Below are positions 32,982-43,310 of a DNA stretch of 64,000 nt, one piece after another. A program made the position numbers and the translations under genes. The notes under the pieces are model-generated. The model made no database searches. It was not told the origin of the DNA and was given only the letters and a program-made list of their open reading frames with translations. Each line of letters opens with the position of its first letter. Position 1 is the stretch's first letter. This DNA is from an uncultured delta proteobacterium (lineage in GTDB: Bacteria > Desulfobacterota > RBG-13-43-22): the NCBI GenBank assembly GCA_963743305.1, contig CAVUPH010000010.1:117477-181476 (forward strand), written 5' to 3'.

Positions 32982-33776
32982 CTAGAAGGCGGCGGTCAGG
33001 ATAACCCCGCCGTAAATAAAGTCGTTATTGTCGCTCAGGCTGGTGCCCCGGATGCGGTTTTTGGCGTCATCCGACAGGGCCACCGAGTAGCTGATCACCG
33101 GTTTGACCGAAAAATACTTGCCGAAGGGAACGGTCAGCCCCACCGAAAAATTTCCGTCGTGGAGGGCGTTGTATTTGTCGGCGGTCGGCAGCCGATTGGA
33201 ATCATACTTCAGGATTTTATCGGTGTCGGAAATCTGGTAGCCGATCCCCGCCCCCAGGTCCAAGGTGATTTCCTTGGTCAGGTTAAAGGAGTGACTGACG
33301 CCCAGGTTCAGGTACCAGCCTGGATAGTTGGCGACTTCCCGATAAATGGACAGGGTGGGGGAGAGCAGGAAATTCCCCCCGATCTTTAAGAACACTTCCT
33401 GGGAGTCCTCCACCCCTTCAAGGGCATAGTAGATATATCCGCCGGTCAGTTTTACCGGGCCCAGATCATGGGTATAGGACAAGGTCAGGTCCGTCTCGTT
33501 CCATTTGGCCTTTTCGGCCCCGGTGAATTTGTCATTGGTGTCCAGGTTGCCCCAGAGGTTGGCTTCAAAGCCCCGGTAGCCGACCGTGATCGAGGGTTGG
33601 ATGACCAGGCTGTCCTTGCTCAATTCGTAGCCGCGCCAGACATACTTGCTGAGGAAGGCGGCGGAAACACTGGAATAGGGCTTAGGCTCCTCCTTTTTTT
33701 CTTCAGCCAGGGCCGGCAGGCTAAAGACCATCAGCAGGAACATGGAAATCAGCAGGCTTAGTAAACGTTTTCTCAT
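32982..33776 (-). CDS. Outer-membrane beta-barrel, TorF/TIGR02001-like putative porin
   Basis: Signal peptide, SKYVWRG, QPSIT, ETDLTLSY, GYIYY, terminal Phe; this family is often found beside glnK-amtB. Confidence 0.75.
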   Translation of the reverse strand: MRKRLLSLLISMFLLMVFSLPALAEEKKEEPKPYSSVSAAFLSKYVWRGYELSKDSLVIQPSITVGYRGFEANLWGNLDTNDKFTGAEKAKWNETDLTLSYTHDLGPVKLTGGYIYYALEGVEDSQEVFLKIGGNFLLSPTLSIYREVANYPGWYLNLGVSHSFNLTKEITLDLGAGIGYQISDTDKILKYDSNRLPTADKYNALHDGNFSVGLTVPFGKYFSVKPVISYSVALSDDAKNRIRGTSLSDNNDFIYGGVILTAAF

Positions 33777-33860
33777 TTTCTTTTTCTCCTTAGGGTTGCT
33801 TTAGATTTTTTTTAAACGTCGTTGGGGATCCGGATCCAACGTTTGCTGATTGGCAGAGAA

Positions 33861-33876
33861 TGCAGGGATCGTGCCA
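33861..33876 (-). promoter_or_regulatory. Sigma54 promoter of the porin-PII-nifA operon
   Basis: Minus strand TGGCAC-GATCC-CTGCA. Confidence 0.78.
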
Positions 33877-34065
33877 TAAAGGGGAAAGTTGATTATATGT
33901 CTATTATTCAATGGGTTATTCGATTTATGGGCGGGAATGGTCTCGGAAGATATAATCCAAAAATGTAAATACAATTTATAAATTTACATTATTGTAATTA
34001 ATCAGCGAGTAGGCGGAGGGGAGAATGGAAGAGCTGTTTTTTTTTCGAAAAAGTTCGGAAGAGGG

Positions 34066-35277
34066 TTAAACCTTGAGCGGTTTTATGCGGCGAATGAGGA
34101 AGGAAGAGATCAAAGCGAAACAACCCAGGTAGGTAAAGACCAGTGAGAAGTTGCCCCCACTGGAGTCCAACAGGTAACCGCTCAGGGAAGGTCCGATCAG
34201 GCCGGCCACGAAACCGTAGGCGGTGAAGACCAGACCGAAGATGGCCCCGAAATGTCTTAGCCCAAAGCAGTCCACGGCCAGGGGGGCGGAGACCGCAAAG
34301 AGGGTCCCGAAAGCGAAGCCGATAACCGCGGCCAAAAGGGCCGCCGTACCCCATCCGTTGACGTGCGGCAGCAGAAGATACGCACACCCGGCCGACAGGA
34401 AGGTCAAACTCATTCCGGCCGTGCGGCTGATTTTATCGGAAAGATATCCCATGATCAGGCGGCTGAAGCCGTTGGTCAGGTTGAAGGCCGTCAGGATTAT
34501 CACAGCCGAAGGGGGGCCAACTCCTCGGGAAAGACCGAAAGGGACGGCCAGGGAGACCATGGCGATACCCGCCGCGCCCATCAGCGCCCAAGTCAACCAG
34601 AGAAACCAGAAAGATCCTGATCGGATGGCTTCCCGAACGGACACCACCGCACCGGGTAAGGGGACTGGCGCTGGACCCTCCTCGGCTTGCCTTTCAAAAG
34701 GTTTTTCAACCCGTTCCGGTACTTCAGTCATCTGAGCAAAGGCCAGACCCATAATGAGTGCGCTCCAGCCCAGAATCAGGTTCATGGAAACATATCCCCA
34801 GCGTTGTAGCAGGGTGCCGAACAGGGGGGCCATGATCGCCGCCGAGAGACCGAAAACCAGGTTGACAATGCCGGACACCAACCCCCTCCGGGCCGGGAAC
34901 CAGCGCTGCACGGTGGTCAGGCCCGGGATATAAATAAAGCAAGAGGCGGCGCCGTTGAAAAAAGCCCAAAGGTAGACCAGCCAGAGGCGATCGGCATAGG
35001 CGATCAGAAAAGTGTTCAGGCCGCAAAGCAGGGCGCCGAGCGTGATCAGTTTGCGGGTGCCCCAATGCTCCTGCCAGCGCCCGACGAAAAACATGAAAAA
35101 GCCCACGGCAGCCAGGACAAAAAAGAGGGTGTTCCCAATCGCCCCCCGACCGACACCGAACTTCTGCTGCCATAAGGGGCCCATGACCCCGGGGTACCCG
35201 AAGATGAAGGCCCCGGGCCAAAAGATGGCCGCCGCGCTGCCGGTTACCGCTAAAATTCCCCGGGTTTTGTGTTTCAA
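34066..35277 (-). CDS. MFS transporter (OFA/oxalate-formate antiporter-like)
   Basis: About 12 hydrophobic segments; GRWQEHWG, RWFPARRGLVSG, GYLSDKISR. Confidence 0.85.
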   Translation of the reverse strand: MKHKTRGILAVTGSAAAIFWPGAFIFGYPGVMGPLWQQKFGVGRGAIGNTLFFVLAAVGFFMFFVGRWQEHWGTRKLITLGALLCGLNTFLIAYADRLWLVYLWAFFNGAASCFIYIPGLTTVQRWFPARRGLVSGIVNLVFGLSAAIMAPLFGTLLQRWGYVSMNLILGWSALIMGLAFAQMTEVPERVEKPFERQAEEGPAPVPLPGAVVSVREAIRSGSFWFLWLTWALMGAAGIAMVSLAVPFGLSRGVGPPSAVIILTAFNLTNGFSRLIMGYLSDKISRTAGMSLTFLSAGCAYLLLPHVNGWGTAALLAAVIGFAFGTLFAVSAPLAVDCFGLRHFGAIFGLVFTAYGFVAGLIGPSLSGYLLDSSGGNFSLVFTYLGCFALISSFLIRRIKPLKV

Positions 35278-35351
35278 CGCACCCCTCAGAACTTAATAGT
35301 ATTTCGTTTTCCCTTCGGACACTAGACCGTGGGGCTTGACCCTCAGTCCCC

Positions 35352-35990
35352 TCACATAACCGTTCGTTGCCCCAAACCGGCCTCCTGAATCAGAAAGTCC
35401 GCCAATAGCCACCCTAGGATAGCCAGGCATTCCATGTCCAGAAATTTTTCCGCCCGGCGTTGAAACAGCAGGCTGCATTGGGCCGGGAAGTCCTCGTCCT
35501 CGTCGTTGAACAGCAGCAGGAGGGGTACCCGGGACAGGGCCTCGAAACGGGCGGAAAACTGGTAAGACAATTCCAGGTCCGGGGGAAGCGCCCCCAGTTG
35601 TTCGGCCGCTGCCCGCAGCGGACTAAGGCGGTTGGTAAAGTTCCGGGCGATGGCGCGCTCGCTGTTGTTGACAAAGCCGGTGACGAAAGGGGCGGCATCC
35701 TTGAAGTCCTTGTAGGACACCCAGTCTTCTCCGCCTGGAGGAACCTGTCCGGGTGAGAGGATGAGGTATTTCAAAAGGACCACGCTGACGGCATGCATGG
35801 GTTCCAGGCCCGAAGGATTGAAAATCCCCCGGGGCGAGACCCGGTAGACTCGCCTGAAAAAAGGGATGAAGGCTTCCCCCTGTTCTACCCGGAGACCCAG
35901 GAGCTCGGCAATTCGGCCCAGATCGAGTTGAGCCACTTGGTTCAGGTAATTTCGGACCGTTTCCTCGAAAATCGGCGCTTGGTTGCTCAT
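35352..35990 (-). CDS. DUF3786-family protein
   Basis: LLKYL, WVSYKDF, ALSRVPL...DEDEDFPAQCSLLF. Confidence 0.75.
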   Translation of the reverse strand: MSNQAPIFEETVRNYLNQVAQLDLGRIAELLGLRVEQGEAFIPFFRRVYRVSPRGIFNPSGLEPMHAVSVVLLKYLILSPGQVPPGGEDWVSYKDFKDAAPFVTGFVNNSERAIARNFTNRLSPLRAAAEQLGALPPDLELSYQFSARFEALSRVPLLLLFNDEDEDFPAQCSLLFQRRAEKFLDMECLAILGWLLADFLIQEAGLGQRTVM

Positions 35991-36004
35991 CGACGGCTCC
36001 TAAG

Positions 36005-36979
36005 TTACTTTCTTTTTGCTTTTTGAAAAGGCTCTTCCCGATGGAAATCAGGAAAGTATACCTCGGAACTGTCCAAATCCTGAATGTACACTTCCGCGAA
36101 ACCAAATCTCTCGACCAGATCCAAAGCCTTTTGATATTCCCTTTTATTGAGCGATCGGGAAAGCGGGGGATGATCCCCGGCCTGGTGGATGGGCCGGTAT
36201 TGGGCCATGAGACTGAGTGGAATCCGCGGGGAGATTTCCAATAAGTCCTGGAGCACGACCGAGGTGCCGGAAAGATTCCCCGGGAGCACCAGGTGCCGAA
36301 CCAACAACCCCCGGAAGGCCAGGCCCTCTCCATCTGTTTTCAGGGGGCCGGTCTGGGCGAACATTTCGCGAACGGCCTGCCGGTTTAGGGAAGTATAGCC
36401 GGGGGCCTGGGAGAGTTGTTCTGCCGTTTCATCGGTCCCGTATTTCATATCCGGCAGGTAGATATCGACGATGCCGTCCAGCAATTTCAGCAAGGGGAGT
36501 GACAGGTAGCCATGGGTATTATAGACAATAGGTAAAATAAGCCCCCGGGGAATGGCGACTTCCAGGGCCTCCAGAATAAAAGGCCAATGGGGCGTGGGAG
36601 ACACCAGGTCCAGGTTATGGCAACCGCGTTGCTGCAGATCCAGAAAAATGTCCGCCAGGGCGACCGCGGACACTTCCTCTCCCAGGCCTTCCTGACTGAT
36701 CTGGTAGTTCTGGCAATAGAGACAGCGTAGGGCGCAACCGGTAAAAAAAACCGTGCCCGCACCACGGCTGCCCGTCAGCGGCGGTTCCTCTCCGAAATGG
36801 GGCAGGGCCTTGGCCACCCGGGCCCCGGCCCCTTGGCCGCAAAACCCGGTTTGGCCGGAGAGACGGTCGACGCGGCATTCCCGGGGGCACAACCGGCAAG
36901 AGTCCAGGAGGTCCCCGGCCTTTTTTACCCGTTCAGAAAAGGCCCCGGTTTCCCAGAGGCGCAGATAGGATGGTTCCAT
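36005..36979 (-). CDS. Radical SAM protein, PflX-like
   Basis: CRLCPRECRVDR, HFGEEPP, CALRCLYCQN, DIYLPDMKY, LVRHLVLP. Confidence 0.88.
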   Translation of the reverse strand: MEPSYLRLWETGAFSERVKKAGDLLDSCRLCPRECRVDRLSGQTGFCGQGAGARVAKALPHFGEEPPLTGSRGAGTVFFTGCALRCLYCQNYQISQEGLGEEVSAVALADIFLDLQQRGCHNLDLVSPTPHWPFILEALEVAIPRGLILPIVYNTHGYLSLPLLKLLDGIVDIYLPDMKYGTDETAEQLSQAPGYTSLNRQAVREMFAQTGPLKTDGEGLAFRGLLVRHLVLPGNLSGTSVVLQDLLEISPRIPLSLMAQYRPIHQAGDHPPLSRSLNKREYQKALDLVERFGFAEVYIQDLDSSEVYFPDFHREEPFQKAKRK

Positions 36980-36981
36980 AT

Positions 36982-37350
36982 CTAGTAACGATTGTCGCCG
37001 TCGAGCAGCCCACCCAGGCTTCCCAGGATAGAACCCTCTTCTCTTCTCCCCCCTTTCTGCGGGGCGGCCTGGAGCATCCGGCCGGCCAGTCTGGAGAAGG
37101 GCAGCGATTGGAGCCAGATCCTCCCGGGGCCTCTCAGGGATGCGAAGAAGAGACCTTCCCCGCCGAAGAGGGCCGTTTTGATCCCTCCGGCCTGCTGAAT
37201 GTCGAAATCCACCGTGGATATGGGAACCCAGGAGTCAAATCCTTCCCTCCAGGCGTAACCGTGAGGATTCTGCCTCGCCTGCGCCGAGGCCTGGGCCTGG
37301 TCCAGGGGACCGAGTTGCTTGCCGTCGTAGTTCAAATACCACATGGCCAT
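36982..37350 (-). pseudogene. Internally deleted GYF_2 (DUF4339) plus AIM24/TIGR00266 protein
   Basis: GYF_2 start (WY..GKQLGP...WREGFDSW) fused directly to the AIM24 C-terminus ([34 protein letters not shown]); the middle is missing. Confidence 0.7.
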
Positions 37351-37657
37351 TCATCATCCTCCCGTCGTCTTGGCCATTTAAACGTTGGCCTGAGGGAGCG
37401 GCTTCATCCTCCGCTCCCGATGTATCCTATCAATGGGTGCCGCGTTAAGACCGAACCTGCCGTCGAGGACCTCGGAGAAAGCCGCCCGTGAAATCGCCGC
37501 ACGATGGGCCGGCTGGTGCAGTTACGCCGCGTTTTACCTGTGGATGATCCTCCAGAGTCGGGCACTGTAGTCCCGGTGCCTGATTATCGGATCATGTTCT
37601 TATTATCCGGAAAGGTGTTGGCCGGGGGGGTGGAACCACCGGCCTTCATGCTCCTGC

Positions 37658-37936
37658 TCAGCCCAGTGGCCCGACCAGAAGAAACAAGGGCGAAACCAGG
37701 ATCAAGGTCGAAACGATCCACCACTGGGCTTCCTCGGCATTTCCCTTCTTTTTTTCGCCGATCGCCTTGATTGCCGTGGCGATGGCGGCACCCAGGGCGA
37801 TGAAGACGACCGCCAAGGCCAGGTAGCCTCGGTTCGCGCAGCCAAAAACATATTTCGGGGTAAAGTAAAGACCGACAAGCAAAGCCGGCGCCAGCGAGGG
37901 GTGGAGCAAATGTCTGATTAATTTTTTCTTCAACAT
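37658..37936 (-). CDS. Small membrane protein, about 3 TM helices
   Basis: Hydrophobic segments; ATG at 37936 after GAGG. Confidence 0.55.
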   Translation of the reverse strand: MLKKKLIRHLLHPSLAPALLVGLYFTPKYVFGCANRGYLALAVVFIALGAAIATAIKAIGEKKKGNAEEAQWWIVSTLILVSPLFLLVGPLG

Positions 37937-38007
37937 CGAAAAGCCCTCATTAATTGGCGGAGGGTCGGACCAATCCCGCTCAGAAGCTTCCGGTTCCCCC
38001 CCCATTT

Positions 38008-39226
38008 TCACTTGGGCATCGCCCTGGCCAGCCAATCAAACATGCGCTGATCGTAAAGAGCGCGGGCCTTGGGCTGGCAATGCCAATTGGCCCCTTCTTC
38101 AGCCGTGAAGCGTACGATGGTCTTGGGGCAAACCAGCGCGTCATAGACTTCTTGGGACTGCCCGGGCCAGAACTGCTCATCCTCGGGATCGGCGATGAAC
38201 ATAGGGCAATGTATTTGCCGGATGACGTCCCGGGCGTTGTATTGCCGCACCTTTTTGAACATTTGATAGAAGCTCCGGGTCTGGTACGGTTTCATCCGCC
38301 AGACAACGTTCTGGCGCACCGCCTCCCCGGCCTGTCGGAGACCCTCCTCCATGAACGCGTTGAATTCCTTTTCCGCCCCGGCCTCAAGCAGTTCCCTCAT
38401 CTCCGAGGGAAGTTCCCGAAAAAAAGTCACGGAAACATCCATTACCCCCGGGTCGACCATACCGGCCGCGATCCGGTGTTCGAAGGCCAGGGCGCGCAGG
38501 ACCCAGTAGCCGGCCTGGCTGATTCCTGAAAGGGCAATCCGCCGGGGGTCGACGTCTTCGCGCTTTAGGAGGAAGTCCACGACCGGCGTGATGACTTTTT
38601 CCCAGTCAGGACGAAAAGGAATATTCTGGAGCCACAACAGGGCGTTCTGACCGGGGCCGTCAAAAACCAAGGCGGCATATCCCCGCTCCAACGCCCCGGC
38701 CACGCCGCAGGTCCACATTCCGGCGGTAGGGCCGTCACTGCCGTTATTAAAGATAATCGTGGCCCAGGGGCCGCCGGATTGGGCGGGAAGGAATAAGTAA
38801 CCAGGTAACGAGAGTCCTTCGTAGGGGATTCTGACCAGTTCGGCCGGTGGGGTCAAGCAGGAACAGAACCGCTCCCAGCAGTTCAGATGTCTGCTTCCAG
38901 GCCGGTAGGCCTCTCGCCGGGTCCTTGGTCCCGTCTATAAAAATAGCCGAGGCTGAAAAATAGGTTGCGGCCCGCAGGAAGGCCTTCCTCGCGCTTACCG
39001 AATGGCCCGCGGAGGCGCATTGTTCGGCTATTCCCTGAAGGCGCTCGGCCAGAGCAAACCACTCCTGATACCATTGCTCGAAATCCCCCGACGGGATGCG
39101 TTCAACCGCCGCCAGAATTTCCCCGGCATCCGCCGCCCCGTAGTGGCAACAACCGAGGAGGATCTGGGTTTCAAAGTCCATCTGTTCATGTTCCAGGAAA
39201 TAGTGTTTAGGTTTTATAACGCGCAT
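38008..39226 (-). CDS. Alpha/beta hydrolase (FrsA/dihydroxypseudooxynicotine hydrolase-like); frameshift near 38890
   Basis: LRAATY, IPYEG, NNGSDG, DGPGQ, GISQAG nucleophile elbow, EEGANWHCQ. Confidence 0.8.
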
Positions 39227-39372
39227 GGTGTTCAGCCTTTCTAACTTACGGGCCTAGCGAATTTCACTTTGTCGCCCCTCTGGCCGAGTGCTACAGCGCT
39301 TCGACTGGAAAATGCCGGGTGCATTTGTTTACCATCCGATCTTAACTTGAATTGATTTGGCTTTCAAAAAAA

Positions 39373-39864
39373 TTAGTCTAAATCCAGCTTGGCCTTGCAC
39401 TGGTTACAGACCACAACGCCCCGGAAAACTTGATGGCCGCAGTCGGGACAAACGTAGCGGGCTTCTTCATCCTGAATCCATTTTTCAGTTCCAACCTCCC
39501 GCCAATAGGGGATAGCCCGCAAAATAACCTTTTTGCCGATCGTCATGGGAAAACTCATAATGTGTGGGCAGGGAAATTCCTCGCACTGATGGCATCCAGT
39601 GAAGCCTTTTCCTTGGGCGCAATCCCTGATCTCGCACTGCCGGCAATGCATAAATCGTTCATCGGACAAGCAGCCGCGGCACTTGATATCTTCTATGGAA
39701 AGGCTTTCACTATTGGGAAGAGTGCCCTTGCCGGATATTTCTCCCTGATACAGTTTCACCAACCGCTCTTTGAATTTAAGATTGTTATCCCGGTGGGCCA
39801 TATAAATAGCACAAACTCCGCAATAAAGGCCGCAGGGGGAAACAAAATCCGGATTTATAGTCAT
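39373..39864 (-). CDS. DUF3795-family Cys-rich protein
   Basis: PCGLYCGVC, CRGC, CEIRDC..KG..CHQCEEFPC, CPDCG..CNQC. Confidence 0.8.
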   Translation of the reverse strand: MTINPDFVSPCGLYCGVCAIYMAHRDNNLKFKERLVKLYQGEISGKGTLPNSESLSIEDIKCRGCLSDERFMHCRQCEIRDCAQGKGFTGCHQCEEFPCPHIMSFPMTIGKKVILRAIPYWREVGTEKWIQDEEARYVCPDCGHQVFRGVVVCNQCKAKLDLD

Positions 39865-40003
39865 TATTCAGGCCTCCAATTTATCATTTTGACGCTTCGC
39901 CCTTTCGGGTGGGTAGACCCTCCTATGTGGAATGGACGAAGGGTATCGGCGAAAGGGTATGCCCAATTGCTTTTTGGGTTCCAAGCCGGCCCTCGGATTT
40001 CCT

Positions 40004-40975
40004 TCACGGCCTAATGGCTTCCAACTCCTCTTCTATCACGGCCTGCAGTAAGGGAACTTTATAGCCGTTTTTTGACAGGGGTTCGGCCTTTTGGACGGCT
40101 GCCGCTCCGGCCCTGGCGATCGTTTCCGCTGTTAATTCCCGGCCGGTTATTTCTTCTTCTGCTTCCTGCGCCCGCCAGGGAACCGGTGCGACTCCGCTCA
40201 GGAATATCCGCGACTTGGCCACCCGGACGCCGTCAAAGGTCAGGGCCAGGGCGACGCCGGTCAGAGCAAAATCCCATGAGCGGCGGGCGCGGATTTTCCG
40301 GTAAGAGCTTTTCAACCCGGGCGGAGGCGTGGGGATCAGAATCTCGGTGACCATTTCATCAGGCCCGATCACTGTCTCCCGGGTCGGGTCAACGGCCGGA
40401 AGTACAAAAAACTCCTCCACTTTCACCATCCTGGCTCCTTGCGGGCCGGTCACGCCCACCCGGGCCTCAAGCGCTGCCAGGACCGGGGCCGTATCGGAGG
40501 GGTGAACGATGTAGCAGCCGTCGCCGCCGAAGAGGCAATGGTACTGGTTCTCCCCCGAATAAGCAAAACAGGTCCCGCCGCCTTTCCGGGTGCAATGAAA
40601 TTCACCGCGGTAGTACCAGCAACGGGGTTTCTGGCAGAGGTTGCCGCCGATGGTGCCCTGGTTGCGCAAAGGGGGGCTGGCCACCTCTCCTGCCGCCCGG
40701 GCCAGGCCGGGGAAAAGCCTCTTGATCTGCGGGTTTTCGGTCACCTCTGTAATCGTAGTCAGCGCTCCGATCCTGAGGGCGCCGCCTTTCTCGCTGATGC
40801 CCTTCAGATCCTTGATGCCGTTGATACTGACCACTTTTTTCACAGGAAAGATCCGTTCCCGGAGGCATCCGAGAAGATCCGTTCCTCCGGCATGTATTTT
40901 CGATCCCGGAGTCGAAAGCTGTTTGACCCCGTCTTCAACCCGTTTAACGCTGATATACTGGAAAGATTGGATCAT
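40004..40975 (-). CDS. Xanthine dehydrogenase family FAD-binding subunit (PaoB/YagS-like)
   Basis: AGGTDLL, RIGAL, LRNQGTIGGNLCQKPRCWYYR, HPSDTAP. Confidence 0.9.
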   Translation of the reverse strand: MIQSFQYISVKRVEDGVKQLSTPGSKIHAGGTDLLGCLRERIFPVKKVVSINGIKDLKGISEKGGALRIGALTTITEVTENPQIKRLFPGLARAAGEVASPPLRNQGTIGGNLCQKPRCWYYRGEFHCTRKGGGTCFAYSGENQYHCLFGGDGCYIVHPSDTAPVLAALEARVGVTGPQGARMVKVEEFFVLPAVDPTRETVIGPDEMVTEILIPTPPPGLKSSYRKIRARRSWDFALTGVALALTFDGVRVAKSRIFLSGVAPVPWRAQEAEEEITGRELTAETIARAGAAAVQKAEPLSKNGYKVPLLQAVIEEELEAIRP

Positions 40976-40979
40976 CGTC

Positions 40980-43310
40980 TCAGACCTCCTTCCGGACCTT
41001 GGCCAGTTTTTCGCAGAGGGTGACGGGATTGATGGGGCTGACCGTCATTCTCAGGCCCGTGGCGTGGTAGACGGCATTGGCAATGGCCGCGGCCGTGGGG
41101 ATCGTCACCGGTTCCCCTAAACCTTTGCTGCCCGTCGAGTTGGCCTCGTCATCGGGCCTGTCTATGGGCAGGGAGACGATCCGGCCGGGCACGTCGAGGG
41201 CCGTGGGCAGCTTGTAATCATGCCAATTTCTGTTGACCATCTTCCCGGTCTGTTCGGCGTCAAGGACTCTCATTTCCGTCAGGGCCAGGCCCACCCCCAT
41301 GGTGATGCCTCCTCCCACCTGATTGTCATAGGTGAGCCGGTCCATGACCCGACCGCTATCGTTGGCGCTGAGGAAGCGGATAATCCGGACTTCGCCCGTC
41401 CTCATATCGCACTCCACCTCGCAGAACTGGGCGCAAAAGGGGTTGACAAATTTGTTCTTGGGATTGGGTCCCCGGTGGCCGATGCCGACAACCACCCCCT
41501 GGGCCTTGAGCCCCGGTATATCGGTTATATTGATCTTCTTGGAGGGATCTTTTCCATCCAAGACCGCCCCCTGCCTGATCGTCAGGGCCGACGGATCGGT
41601 CTTCAGCTCCTCCGCCGCCAACTCCAGGATCTGACGCTTTACGTCGATGGCCGCCGCCCGCACGGCCGGCGACTCGGTCGGCACGGTCTTGCTGCCTCCA
41701 CTGGCGGTGGCATATTGGGTGGTTCCCGTATCGGCATGCTCGATCTGGATGGACTCAGGCTTAATGCCCAGTTCTTCGGCCACAACCAGGGCCATGACGG
41801 TCTTCGTACCGGTCCCGATATCGCTGGCCCCCATGTTCAGGTTGACGCTGCCGTCGGAGAAGAGCCTGACAATGACGGTGGAAGGCGGTCCGCCTCCGCC
41901 GACAAACCAGGTGGAGCCGGCCATGCCCACTCCCCGGCGTATCATGACGTTCTTGGGGGTCCGGGCGATTTCTTTACGCGCCTGGTCCCAGCCGAAGGCC
42001 TTGGCTCCTTCTTCGAGACACTCTTTTAAGCCCGTAGTCGTATACTCCGGATTCCCATTCCTGGTCTGGCTGAAGGTCGGGATGTTTTTGAGACGCAGCT
42101 CCACCGGGTCCATCCCGATATCCTCGGCCAGGGCATCCAGCATCTGTTCCAGTGCCCAGGCCCCCTGAGGATGGCCGGGCGCCCGAAACGGCCGGGCCGG
42201 GCCGGCATGGACATATACGTCCGAAAGCTCGGTTCGGACATTCGGGCAGAGGTACAACTCTTTGATGAGCCAGTCTACCAGGGCGGTTCCGCCCGCCGGA
42301 AAGGCGCCTCCCGTGCCGGTACAAGTAAAATGCAGGGCTGTGAGGGTGCCGTCTTTCTTCACCCCGGCCTTCAGCTTCATGTTCGCCGCGGGCCGGTTGC
42401 CCACGGCCAGATAGGTCTCCTCTCTGGTCAAAAAGAGCTTTACCGGCCGGCCCGTCTTTTTGGCCAGAAGGGCGGCAATAATCGTATATTTGTCGGCCTG
42501 GAGTTTGCTGCCGAATCCTCCTCCCATGTAATGGCCGATGACCCGGACCTTCGAAAGAGGCAGACCGAGGACCTCGGCAACCCGGGCCTGAACCGGGTAA
42601 ACCCCCTGAGTCGATTCCCAGATGGTTAGGAGGTTCCGCTCCCAGCGGGCCACGCAGCCATGCAGTTCCAGGGGAGTATGGAGTTCGCACTCCGTCCGAT
42701 AAGTCTGCTCCAGGACCATGTCGGCCAGGGCAAACCCTTTGGCCGTATCCCCCCGTTCGTAGATCTCGACCGGTTTGACCCGGTTCCCTTCCGGCTGGAC
42801 CGGTGGGGCCTTCGGATCAAGCGCTTTCCGCTCGTCGACGACGAAGGGGAGAATTTCGTAGTCCACCTGGATGGCCCGCACGGCATCCCAGGCCTGATAG
42901 GGCGTTTCCGCGGCTACAGCGGCGATCGTCTCGCCCTCGTACCGGCACTCGGGGTCAAAGAGTTTAACCTTTTTTATTTTGGTGTAAGGCCAGGTAACCC
43001 CCGCTTCCCCGGTAGAGGCGCTGATCACCGCCCGAACTCCTTTAATCTTTTCCGCCGCAGTCGTGTCTATTTTTTTCACCCGGGCATGGGGATAGGGGGA
43101 GCGGAGGATAGCCCCGTAAAGCATCCGGGGTAGTGAAAGGTCCGAGGGATAAACGGCCCGGCCGCTGACCCGTTCGTAGGCATCGACCCGCGGTATGGAT
43201 TTACCTACGACCTGGGTTTTCTTCCAGGGGGCCGGCGCCTTTCCCGGCAGAGGGTTTTCGGGAACGGGAATGTCGGTCTGATAGTAAAGGCTTTTATCCT
43301 CGGCGTTCAT
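40980..43310 (-). CDS. Xanthine dehydrogenase family molybdopterin subunit (PaoC/YagR-like)
   Basis: MGGGFGSK, FRAPGHP, DIGTG, SGGS, KGLGEP. Confidence 0.92.
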   Translation of the reverse strand: MNAEDKSLYYQTDIPVPENPLPGKAPAPWKKTQVVGKSIPRVDAYERVSGRAVYPSDLSLPRMLYGAILRSPYPHARVKKIDTTAAEKIKGVRAVISASTGEAGVTWPYTKIKKVKLFDPECRYEGETIAAVAAETPYQAWDAVRAIQVDYEILPFVVDERKALDPKAPPVQPEGNRVKPVEIYERGDTAKGFALADMVLEQTYRTECELHTPLELHGCVARWERNLLTIWESTQGVYPVQARVAEVLGLPLSKVRVIGHYMGGGFGSKLQADKYTIIAALLAKKTGRPVKLFLTREETYLAVGNRPAANMKLKAGVKKDGTLTALHFTCTGTGGAFPAGGTALVDWLIKELYLCPNVRTELSDVYVHAGPARPFRAPGHPQGAWALEQMLDALAEDIGMDPVELRLKNIPTFSQTRNGNPEYTTTGLKECLEEGAKAFGWDQARKEIARTPKNVMIRRGVGMAGSTWFVGGGGPPSTVIVRLFSDGSVNLNMGASDIGTGTKTVMALVVAEELGIKPESIQIEHADTGTTQYATASGGSKTVPTESPAVRAAAIDVKRQILELAAEELKTDPSALTIRQGAVLDGKDPSKKINITDIPGLKAQGVVVGIGHRGPNPKNKFVNPFCAQFCEVECDMRTGEVRIIRFLSANDSGRVMDRLTYDNQVGGGITMGVGLALTEMRVLDAEQTGKMVNRNWHDYKLPTALDVPGRIVSLPIDRPDDEANSTGSKGLGEPVTIPTAAAIANAVYHATGLRMTVSPINPVTLCEKLAKVRKEV

